NCBI RefSeq assembly: GCF_964355755.1
Contig: NC_092680.1
Span: forward strand, 13,773,045 to 13,837,044
DNA length: 64,000 nucleotides
From: Antedon mediterranea
Lineage: Eukaryota; Animalia; Echinodermata
Direction: 5' to 3'
In this document: positions 1 to 12,400 of the stretch, in pieces
Position numbering within the stretch: position 1 is the stretch's first letter
Layout: the number at the start of each line of letters is the position of its first letter
The notes under the pieces: model-generated
The model's input: the letters and a program-made list of their open reading frames with translations, nothing else
Told to the model about the DNA's origin: nothing
Database searches by the model: none
Translations under genes and position numbers: made by a program

Positions 1-233
1 TTCAATATTTTTGTTTCTATGGAACGTCAAAAGAGCAAAAATTATATAGAGGGCTGAAAACTCTGTGGAGTCCATCTATTTTAACGCAATTTTTAGTGAA
101 AATCAGTACGAAGGAATAAATACTCGAAAATAAATTTTAATTGAAAAATCATGATAACAAGTTTTTTGTTTCGTTTTCTTTCTGTTTTTATACTTGTTGC
201 TTTTTTGCCGCTCCATAGAAACAAAATATTGAG
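1..233. mobile_element. Small inverted-repeat (MITE-like) element
   Basis: 1-40 (tcaatatttttgtttctatggaacgtcaaaagagcaa) is an imperfect reverse complement of about 197-233 (ttgcttttttgccgctccatagaaacaaaatattgag). Confidence 0.5.
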
Positions 234-498
234 CGTAGGGAGGAGTTACAGTATACAAAGAAACACGTCTGTAAAATCATCAATTTAAAGGATTTATTTA
301 TTTGTTTTTAAGTGTTTCTTCTTCTTAAAGTACTTATATAAATCCTAATTTTAAAGTGGGTATTCAGGATAAAGTTAGTTAACAAATTTGGAGTCAAAAT
401 ACAAGGCAGGTGCGAAAGAAAAACATCCTCCGAACCAACTTTGAACTTTGTGGGTTTCTTTTAATTGTTGTTCACAAATGTAGTTATTTATTTTGTAG

Positions 499-3400
499 GC
501 GTATGGAGATAATTTATTAGAAGAAGCCACGTTACATCCACTTCTTGGTCATGATATTCATTCTGTAAAATTGTGGTATGGCCCCACTGCAATAGATGTC
601 AGGTTTGTCACTCATCACTACCAATGTTACTGTAGTAATAAATTAAACTTAATATTGATTAAAACAAAGTTGATTTAATCCTCTGATGACAGAATTTAAT
701 GTGTGCAAATACTATAATTCATTGCATGGTTTAAGAAATGTTTTTTTTAAAGGTCAATACATTATTAAATATTCTATCTAAAGATTAAAATTAATGTAAC
801 TACTTTAATTATGGTTTCCTTCTCTATAAAATCTTCAATTTCAGGCGATTTTCATCTTTAGATGATGTTGACGTTGATCTAAAGCTTGACATTTCATTTC
901 TTCATGTAAGTCTGTACATTGTTTACAACATATACAGTGACGGATCTAGGATCTGGGGGAGGGGGGGGGGGTGGCCACGAAAGTGGCAAACGAGGTGCGT
1001 AGCACTAAGTGAGGGTGGGTTTGGGAGGGGGGCCCTCCCGAGCCTCAGAAAATTTTGAAAAAATAGATGTTTACACACTGTTTAATAGGCTAGAGCAACT
1101 GTTTCCATCACTTTTAATAGCAAATGTTGCATGATGTCAAATTTAAATAAATCGGTTCTAAATACTTGGTAATGCGGTACTCCGAAAATGCCTTGATAGT
1201 GCATGTTGTGTACTGTGTTTTGGTGGTCTGTTAACCTCAGATATATACCCTACAGCCAGGTGAATAACTTCATGTAATTTGAAAAAAATGGAAGAAAGAA
1301 ATTATTTTATTTTCTCAGTGTTATTAATTTATATTGATATATTTTGTTTACAGCATGAGATAGCAAGTGCGTGGTCCTTGTTCTGTGATCAACCACTTAT
1401 TGTTAGTCTCAACTTTTCTTCTTCTCGTTATTTAGATGGAGGTAAGTTGATCTTTACCAATAACACAAATAATTAAAATTATTAGCTTCATAATTTTAAA
1501 AGATTCGGTTAATATTTATCCATTTGTTGCATTACTAAAATAAAGCGTGCATGTCACCCTGTAATGCAATAAATCATGGCTATTATTAGAATCTGATAAC
1601 CACTGCTACTATGGCAAGTACATGTTAATTGTTATAGAAGGTGAAATCTATTTATATATTGTGAAGTATGTTTTTAAAAAATATTAATGATTTTCTTGCC
1701 TATTAGTGGATATGTTGTTTTAAAAAAAGCTATAGCTTATTTTGAAACATGGAGTGTCATCATTAATATGATCCATTGTCAATATACAGTAGGCCTAGGT
1801 AATATTATAAGGTACAGCCTATTTTTATTAAATTCAGGCTAGACTAGAAATTCATATGGAATAAGATGATTAAGGATGCTGTGCACTCAGTCAAGTCTGC
1901 TGTTGTGTATTGTAGCCTGTAAAAGACCTATTGTTAGAATGATTTGTTTAGCAGACTTGTTTACTATTTGAACTATAAAATGATCTATTCATTTTTAATA
2001 ATGTAACTGTACCTTCACATACAAGATATGTGAGTTGGTTTACAATAGCACTTTACTGATCCATAAACCATTGTATAAAGCTACAACTTAATGGTTATGA
2101 CTGGTGTCACGATGCAAGTAGATTTTTGGACAGATATACATATGTACTAATTTATGTCCAAACAAAATTTAAGTTAACTTTAGATCGTTTTTAGGATTTT
2201 GATTAATTAATGGGAGCATCTCTACAAGACATGGAATCGTTGGAAAAAACAGCCTGGTGAAGTTTTGTATTGCTGTCTTTCATCCTAGGCCTAGTAGGCC
2301 TAGGCCTGTTAGTATTACTGTAGGCTAGGCCTAGGATTGTTTGGTTGACAGTAGGTGCATTTATAAAAAAATCCATATAAATAAAAAAAATAAAAAATGT
2401 TACGGTTTTAATCAATGTGAATCAAATGTAGGCCTTGGCTAAGGCCTACCTTTTATTTGATTCAAATGACAGGTATCTATTTAGATGTTATATAAAATAA
2501 ATAATGAATGTTTTATATTCGTGTAATGGTACAAATAATGGCATTTGGTGAATGATGAAAGGTTGCCTCGTTGATATATAACCTTTCATCATTCACCTCA
2601 TGCCATTATTTGTACCATTACACTCATAAGCATTCATTATTTGTATATTAAAAATTCACCCATCCCTACAATATTTAATATTCTAAACAATAGTTCATAG
2701 AGCCAAATCGACAGAGTGATATTGTTGTACCTTTTATTTCATTTTTATTTCATCCTTTTTATTGTTATGTAAGTAAATTGTACAGTAGTTTTGTAAATGC
2801 AACGTTTTTAGCCTTGCTGCTACTTGTTGTAAATTTTATACCCAAATAAATTTTTTTTTAAATAAATAAATATTATTGATCTGAAACACACTTCAAAAGC
2901 TTTAAAACCTGCCCCATTTTGTCGTAAAAGTTTACTAAAATCTATTTATTCTGTGAAAAAAGCACCTCAGTGTTTACAATATTTGGTTGGCTTTCTATTA
3001 TAGGAAGTTATCAGCTTTACACTTTGTATGCTAAATAACATGCCTAGAAACAACAGCAGGAAGTTGCCCTGTTTTATGATCGCACAAGGAAATAATATTA
3101 AACATTATACAATGTAAAGTTTAATAGTCATACATCTTAACATTAGTTTCATATTAATAACAAATTCAAATAAAACAAATAATTTAACATGCATATACTG
3201 TAAACATGAATTTGCCCAATCTCTATTTTATTGGAATTATACATTATCAGATTAATGTCACAACTGTTGTATTAGTTATTTTGTGCCAAGAATAGACTCA
3301 TTATTTAATAACAGCCATGTGTTTGTTTAAAACAAATCTTGATAATTATTTATAGTACAGTTTAAACCCCTATATCATATTCAATTTTATTTATTTGTCC

Positions 3401-6400
3401 ATAATGACAATTTAAAATACATTAAAAGTGAAGTGAAAAAAATAATAAAAAGTATGCTTATATTTGAATACTTTATAAAATGTTAAAACTTTAAAATATT
3501 TATAAAATACTAATTAATGTGTTGTGCTATTGTTGAAATAAAAAATAAATTTGGATAATAAAGAATTTGATTTGTGGTACACATAGTTTAAAACTAGACC
3601 GATTAAGATTGAAGGGACCTATCAAATTGTCCCCTTAATATGGTGTCCCATGTATAGCAAGCAGTTGGGCATAGTGCAAAAACATTTCCCCACGTTTGTT
3701 TCATGGGAATGTGTGTCCCTTGAATAGTAGTAGTGGTGTACCAAAGAAGGGGTTTAAATTAATTATTCGAAAAATGTTGTGGACTTTAGTTTTTTTAGCA
3801 AGGATTACAATCTCTGTATAAAAAAAATTATATTATTAATACTGTATATTTTTGTTAAACATCCTATATGCTTAAGTTTATGTCTAATATAATGGATGAA
3901 CATGAATGCGAGTGATGTTATATATTCAATTTTTGCAAAATGTGTTTTTATAGATATTTCAAAAGTTACCGTTTTTCAGCCTTCAACAAGAGAAAAACAA
4001 GTTGGAATATGTGTTCAAGTTAGAAAGTAAGTTACAATTTTACAACCTCAAGATAGCCTTTTCTTCATTAATTTTATTGTTATGTGTTGGTTGACTATAC
4101 TCCTTAATATTACTTATTTTTTTGTATAGAATAACTGAATGTTTTGTATCTAAACATTGGAAGCTTTACAGCAACTCATATGTGGAATCCAAGCAGATGC
4201 CATTAGCATCAACAACACCAAAATTAACTGAATCCTCAGGCACTAAAAAGTTCAAAAACAGGTAGTTTATTTACTCACACATTTAGCTAGAGATCATCAC
4301 AAACAACAGAGTTAAAAACAAACCAATAATATTAGTATAGTAACAAAGAAATATAGATTATTATAAAAAATGGAGTTACTGCAGTAGCTGCAGTATAATA
4401 ATGTGGACATGATCCATTATACTTAGGCTTTGGATGCGTATGAAAAAACAAACCATTATTTAATCAATTTGCATAAAACATGCAGTATATATTTTCCTAT
4501 GCATTACCTTTTTCCTACAGGAAATATGTTGTGGTCGTGGATTTCTTTGTATTCTTTGTGTCGTGTGCTAACAATGAATGATTTCTTATTAATACAATTG
4601 TACTGTCCAATATTGCATCTGTTTTCTAAATAATAATAGCAAAATTAGTAGATATAATATTGTTTAAAGGGTTGCATGTTGAAGCACTATACTTCTTCAA
4701 GTTTAAACTTTTTAGGAATCACTTTTGATAATGCAAACCTCAATATTATAATACTGTATATCTATAATCTTTAAAGCATAATATAGCATAAATACTAATG
4801 CTTATCACTTATCATTACTATTTCAACTTTTAATTTTTCTTTTTTTTTTTGTTGCAATAATGAACTACCGTGGCTATTCTTTTTGTTAGTCTTTCTGTTT
4901 CTGTTGATGATGCTGCTTTATCTCAAATTATGGAGTTAGGTTTTAGTCGTACAATGGCTAAAAATGCACTTACAATGAGCGAGGGAGACGTAGCAACTGC
5001 AATAGCCTTTGTACAGTCTAATCCGGCAAGGTAGGTTTTTCTTTTTTGGCGCACATTTTAAACTACTTTAAAAACATTTTACTTCAAATAAAATCTACCA
5101 ATTACTTTATGTTATTTGTGTCATAAGCTTAGCGCATTCTTGGGAATTTTTTTGGTGTTTAATTTCTGTGCTTTCAATCGTCTGGCATTTTAAAATGTTT
5201 TTATTGCTATGATATTGTACTGTGTTTTGATATTTGTGTGCTGCCCATATTTGTTATACATACTGTACATATTTTTCTATGTTTTTGATATAATGTATAT
5301 AATACAATGCATTCAGCTTCTGCTGCTTTTAAATAAAGTCTCTTGATTTTATAATATTAATTACAAAACTAGATTTAATTCGTCACTACGACGAATTAAA
5401 GGTTATATGCATTGATGTAAATAAATATAATTGATTGATTTAAGATATATTGATTGATTGATTTCTCAGAATCTTTAGTTATTTATAATATGCTACTGCA
5501 AATACAATAGCCGATCATGTGTATACGGTAATCTATACACTAAGAAATGCAATTGAACAAACAATACGGATAGTAAAAAAAATCTTGTTTCGTTTCGTTT
5601 CCCAAGGTGAGACTCGAACTCGGTACCTTGAATGCTATAGACACGAGCAAAGACCACCGAGCCATACACAACTGACTAAAAGTTATGGAAAGGTTCCTCC
5701 GTGTATTTACTATGCAGTAACCACTTTGGTGCAGATAGATTAAACATACCGCAATGAATTATAATGTTTTACTATGATGACATATAATGTTAAGTTTGTT
5801 AATTCGGCCTAAGAAAATGTTATACTTTGTTTGATTGTCGAAATTAATTTTTTTAAATTTAATATGCCATTATTGATGACTTAATCAACTTTTGTTCTCT
5901 TAATTTCATAATAAATCATACATATGATACATACACTTCAAGAAAATGAAATAAAAAATAGGTGTTCCTGAGCATTCTAACGATATATATTAATTTTAAA
6001 ATTTAGCATATTTTCACCATTTTGTCAACTTACACGTGCGTAGTCTGTCACTTTTGACGTGCTCGTATAACGCTGTTTCGCGTTGAAAAGTGAATAAAAT
6101 ATGATTATATTATTAAAGAAAGGTTATACAACAGTAATCGGACAAAAACAGTGCGCATTAACGTTTGACGCGCAGTGCGCATGCAAAAATCTGCGCACTC
6201 ATGGCAATTTTTTAAACGCTTAAAATTGCCAGAAACGTACTCTAATTTCATCAAAAATAAATTCTAACAATTTTGAACATTTTAAGCGCGCGTACGCATG
6301 CGTTATATGCGCTACGCACGTAATTTTATTGCCATATGATGAAATATGACCTGAAATTTATGAGTACCAAGTTTTGTTTAAAAGTGATTCAGGCTTGTGA

Positions 6401-9400
6401 AGATATGATTACAAACGTGATTACGTTAAATCGCGCGTAGACCGCGTAATGTTTGATTGCGCACCGTGAAAACATAACTACATTGATTCCTGGCTATAAG
6501 GAATATACTCTGCAAAATTGACTTAGCTAGATGAAACTGATATCAAGATAATTCACGGACAAAATAGTGCTAAGGAAAGAATAAATAAATAAATAAAGAT
6601 CCTGACAGAATCATAAGGTTTGATTATTATTATTAAAATATTTTCTAGGTGTCAGAGCTTCCAGGGAGAAGAGTTCATTCCAAGAAAAAAGAGCCTTAAA
6701 ACACTTTTCCGACAAAAATCAAGTTCAAAAAGTAATCCCATAGAACATTTAAATCCTGATGAATTGCATCTCTTACCAACATTGACAGAGGTGAGCGTTT
6801 GTATCTTGTTGTTACAGAGATAAAATAATAACTAGAGGGTATAGACTAGATGACAGAGCATGAGATTATGGAAAATGGAATCTACTGTATACAAAATAAT
6901 TTACCATATTTATTTTTTAAATTAAAATGTTGCAAATGTTGTCACTTTTAAAATGCATTCAGATTTTCTGAAATATCAAACACTGGTTTTGAGACAGTAT
7001 ATTGTACTAATCTTGAAACTTTTTGATATAAATGTTTATATTTATAGGCTGGAAAAACAGCTAAAACAGTACCAAGCCTCTGCCATGGATTTCTACACCA
7101 AGTATACTCTTACCTACGCAACAGAATCTCATCCCTAAATGAGTACTGTGTCGTATGTGATGAACCACACATCTTCCAAAATGGTTACATGTTAAAGGTA
7201 GTCTATTTTGTACAGTAATAAATAAGAACTATTGTCTATTCTAAATGATTTGAGTTTTTTTATTATTATGGTTGAAAAGAATTAAAATAAAATAACTCTG
7301 AATCCTCATGTAAAGATAAAAATATATTTGTTTCATTCCTAGCCTGCAGTATGCGAACGTGAACTATGCGTATTTGCATTCCAAACTCTCGGTGTGATGC
7401 GCAATGCAGCTGAAGACATTGCAATGGGTGCTGAAGTTGTTGATCTGCTTGTTGCCATGGTTTCATCAGCTGTGAAATCCAAAAGAAAAAGTCTGATTCT
7501 TGATCCTTATCCAATGGTTGTTGATCCTACTAACCCGAAGGAATTTGCTTTCTCTCCAAAGGTAAATTAATATCAGTATTTCAAAAGAGGAACACATAAA
7601 TGTTTACTCCTGTGTCAAGTTACGTTAACAGACCCCCTAAAGTCTACACTATCAGACTTTAGGTGTAAAAAAAATGTGATGTACCCATATATGGACAAAT
7701 GTCCATCATCTCATGCATGACTCATATTTTTTTCATTTTTTAGAAAAAAGATTGTGCAGGATTTCAAAAGATTGAAAAGTCATTAGAAAGTTTTATATCA
7801 ATCCGTGAGATGCTTGCCACTGGAGATCCTGCTAACATGAAGAAACGAATGGATATAAAGGATCCAAACTCATATCCATTACTGCAATGGTAATGCAATC
7901 TGATAGAATATTAGTTAAAATATGTTTTACAAAAATATTTCATTACTATCTAGAGTAACAGCAAGTAACTCACCATTTACAGGATGGATAAACATGCTTT
8001 TAATCCAAGTTTCATTTGAGGTTTACAGAATGGAGTAGAAATCTACCCAGGTACTCCAATACTACCTGAGCAACTACAATCTAAACAAATAAGTAGTATT
8101 TTACCCAAATTTAATATTTTTCTTTATATTAACAGGATTGTATCCAGTAACAGGTCCCATATAGTAAAATTACCAGACTCAAGGGTAAGTTCACATCATT
8201 ATAATACAGAATGGTTTTTAATTAACTATCACATTAATAATATCCATACTCTATTTTACTATTAAAATATCACCTTGTTTCTCTTCCATTAGCAAATCAA
8301 ATCCAAACTCCATGTTTTAACCTCTTTACTATTATATGTGTCATCGTCTTTTGTTTCATCAGCAAATTACATCCAAACACCATACTTCAGAAACTTTACT
8401 ATAATGTGACATCATCGTTTATTTAAATCCTAAATGTTTTTATTTCATCAGCAAATCAAATTCATGCACACACCTCATCAGTTTTTATTAATGACGAGTC
8501 CACCTTCTAAGGAGATCATCTTCTCAAAGGCTAAGCTGGAGCATGGTAGTATCTTTGCCTTTCAGTAAGTTGTTATGACCATGTTTGCACCAATTTAACA
8601 TAATCACAAGTATTATTATAGTTTTATTAATTTACAGGTTATATCCAGGCTTAGTTAGCCCCACCCCTGTAGTGTAAAAATTAGCTCCCACATCAGATAT
8701 TGAATACGTTTATTTATTATGGTTATTTAGATGATTGACCATTGCTCCAAAGCCACAAAATAGATAAGAAAATGTCTAAAGGTTAGGACAACTGCATATC
8801 AAGCAAACGGTCCGAGTTCGAGTCTCGGTTGGAGCGACTTTTTCTCATTCTCACAGATTTCCTCATCTTTATCGTTTCAAATTAATTAATTAAATTTCAG
8901 TATATCATTGGGCTGTTTAGAGTTACTGTTCTGTGCCTGATTTGTTTATATATATATATATATAAACACAGTAGGCAAAGAACACTAATTCTAAACCGCC
9001 CGGTGATATACTGAAATTTAATTAATTAATTTGAACGATAATATATATATATATATCGTTATTGTTTCAAATTAATTAATGAAATTTCAGTATATCATCG
9101 GGCGGTTTAGAATTACTGTTCTGTGCCTGATTTGTTTATATATATAAAAGTATCTCTTCGGAGATCCCGCCTCGTGAATAAAAATACTGAAAGATGAGGG
9201 CGTATCAATTTGATCTCTGTTGCGCGTGCATACAACTGAGGACTAGTGCTGTTCCGCCGTACCACGCCGAGAATGTTAAAGAGTCGTTATCCAATCGAGT
9301 TCGAACAATACCATGAAAGCCCCAGTGGTCTAATGGTTAGGACATCTGCATATCAAGCAGGCGGTCCGAGTTCGAGTCTCGGTTGGGGCGACTTTTTCTC

Positions 9401-12400
9401 ATTCTCACAGATTTCCTCATCTTTATCGTTTCAAATTAATTAATTAAAGATGTATTGTCCCTTGAAACACAAAAAAATGAAAGTCAAAATATTCTAAATT
9501 TAAAGTGGCCATATCAAAGTAATATTAAAGTTATTCACTTTAAGTCGAAAATTCGAGCCAAAAACAACAAGTTTACGTAATTAACAGGTAAATTAGTTTA
9601 ATTACATTTCATCTGGAAAATCGTCACGAGCGAAAGTAAACAAAGATTTCAAAACATGAGTACGCATTATGCATATGCTAAATTAGGATTGTTTACAACT
9701 CGTCACGGTTAAGAAGGTATTTTCACACAGATCATGAGGAAGTTTTATGATTATGCATACAGAGTAGCCAAACAAGTGCGTTACATTATGGGATATGTTT
9801 TGATTGAATACTTTGACTGGAAGTCAAAGTTATTTTTTTAACAAAAAAACGTCTGTATTTCAGTTAAATTTTTTTTTTTTTTCGAAAAATTTTTGGTGAT
9901 AGTTAATAACTATTATGATACTTCAAAATGACCCACCTTTTTTCGAAATCTTTTATTTTTTATTTTTTTGGAATTAGTCAAAGGGACAATACATCTTTAA
10001 ATTTCAGTATATCACCGGGCGGTTTGGAATTAATGTTCTTTGCCTCTTGTGTTTATATATATAAAAGTATCTCTTCGGAGATCCCGCCTCGTGAATAAAA
10101 ATACTGAAAGATGAGAGCGTATCAATTTGATCTCTGTTGCGCGTGCGTACAACTGAGGACTAAGTGCTGTTCCGCCGTACCACGCCGAGAATGTTAAAGA
10201 GTCGTTATCCAATCGAGTTCGAACAATACCATGAAAGCCCCAGTGGTCTAATGGTTAGGACATCTGCATATCAAGCAGGCGGTCCGAGTTCGAGTCTCGG
10301 TTGGGGCGACTTTTTCTCATTCTCACAGATTTCCTCATCGTTATCGTTTCAAATTAATTAATTAAATTTCAGTATATCACCGGGCGGTTTGGAATTAATG
10401 TTCTTTGCCTCTTGTGTTTATATATATAAAAGTATCTCTTCGGAGATCCCGCCTCGTGAATAAAAATACTGAAAGATGAGGGCGTATCAATTTGATCTCT
10501 GTTGCGCGTGCGTACAATTGAGGACTAGTGCTGTTCCGCCGTACCACGCCGAGAATGTTAAAGAGTCGTTATCCAATCGAGTTCGAACAATACCATGAAA
10601 GCCCCAGTGGTCTAATGGTTACGACATCTGCATATCAAGCAGGGAGTCCGAGTTCGAGTCTCGGTTGGGGCGACTTTTTCTCATTCTCACAGATTTCCTC
10701 ATCTTTATCGTTTCAAATTAATTAATTAAATTTCAGTATATCACCGGGCGGTTTGGAATTAATGTTCTTTGCCTCTTGTGTTTATATATATAAAAGTATC
10801 TCTTCGGAGATCCCGCCTCGTGAATAAAAATACTGAAAGATGAGGGCGTATCAATTTGATCTCTGTTGCGCGTGCGTACAACTGAGGACTAGTGCTGTTC
10901 CGCCGTACCACGCCGAGAATGTTAAAGAGTCGTTATCCAATCGAGTTCGAACAATACCATGAAAGCCCCAGTGGTCTAATGGTTAGGACATCTGCATATC
11001 AAGCAGGCGGTCCGAGTTCGAGTCTCGGTTGGGGCGACTTTTTCTCATTCTCACAGATTTCCTCATCTTTATCGTTTCACATTAATTAATTAAATTTCAG
11101 TATATCACCAGGCGGTTTGGAATTAATGTTCTTTGCCTCTTGTGTTTATATATATATATATATATATAATAAAAAATAAACTACTTCTTAGTTATATTTT
11201 AAGTGTGGTTTGATATATCATTTTTATTTTTAAATTATTCAGTGGCTCTCATATAGAAAACTGGCATTCCATTTTACGCAAAGGTCTCATCAATGCATCA
11301 GGAACTAAATATCAAGTAAGACATACTGTATGACAGATAATCAGTTAATGTAATACATTTTTGTTTTACTTCCAAAGACAATTGCACAATCATGCATACA
11401 CAACAAGGCATATTAAAGGTTTCTGATTATTGTATTCATGAATGGAAACAAAGTATGCTAATACATCTAATGCTATCAACATTTTTAAAAATGTGATGTG
11501 CCCATATATGGACACGATGATGTCATATCGCTACCATATTTGGACACATCACTACCATATTTGGGCACATCACACTTATTTTGTCAAACTTGTTTGCTTA
11601 ATACATCCAGTGGTTTTTATTACAGCTGCATGGTGCTGCATATGGCCAGGGTATTTACCTCAGTCCTCATTCCAGTGTTTCGTTTGGATATTCTGGAATG
11701 GGTCATGGATATCATAGAGACCCAAATAGGACAATACATGTGGTGAGTACAAAGAAATACAGTTACAACTAATTTATGTTGGTTGTTTTTTGTCTATTAA
11801 AAAAATGTTAAAATCTGTTATTTAATGATTTTATAAATGTATTGGGTGTTTATAGAATACAGTACACTCATATATTGATATTCAGAACATTGATTATTTC
11901 CAGACAAACAAGAAGTCTGATTGTAGATTTTTAAAAAGTAAAAATCTTACCTGTATAGCACTATGTGAAGGTAAGTACTGTCTGTGGACATGTTTCCGCA
12001 GCCAAAAATTAACCGATAATTAACCAATCAACTGCCTATGGAAACAGGGTTTAACCGTTAATTATCTCACTAAAATCGGATAATTATCGTATAAATACGA
12101 TTGTGTTGTGTTTGGACATCTGGTTGTTTGGTAATGACTGATCATGCGCACTTTATTGGTTAAAGAATTAGCAGATAACATTGTTTGTGGCTGCGGAAAC
12201 ACGGCCTGTATTTATAATATTTTAATATTAAAATTGTAATAATAATGGTAAAAATACTAATGTACTAAATATAGGTTTAATGAATCCTCACCATCTGTAT
12301 AACCTTTCTTGTTATCTGTATATAAATCAACGCAATGGCAAATTTCAGTAAATAAGTAAAATAAGTTTTACTCGATGGTATATAAAGTTGGTTCATACTT

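Larger units (their letters stand above)
8774..11168 (+). mobile_element. Tandem array of 364-bp (TA)n-anchored units, each containing a tRNA-like cloverleaf; includes an inverted fragment at about 8960-9045
   Basis: The identical spurious 65-aa ORF recurs at 9246, 10164, 10528 and 10892. The period is 364 bp, or 918 bp across the MITE insertion. Units are separated by (TA)n. A further terminal fragment lies at about 31340-31390. Confidence 0.9.

Noticed and set aside
361-409. Candidate upstream PARP coding exon ending at cag|gtgcga
   Set aside because: The required frame has a stop at 380, no ATG, and no similarity to the acidic PARP6/8 N-terminus.
9236-9318. Possible hammerhead ribozyme (ctgagga ... 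gaaa) in the 364-bp unit
   Set aside because: I could not form stem II or stem III with a properly spaced GAAA on either strand.
9246-11089. Repeated 65-aa ORF MLFRRTTPRM...
   Set aside because: It starts at GTG, overlaps the tRNA cloverleaf and simply repeats with the 364-bp unit.
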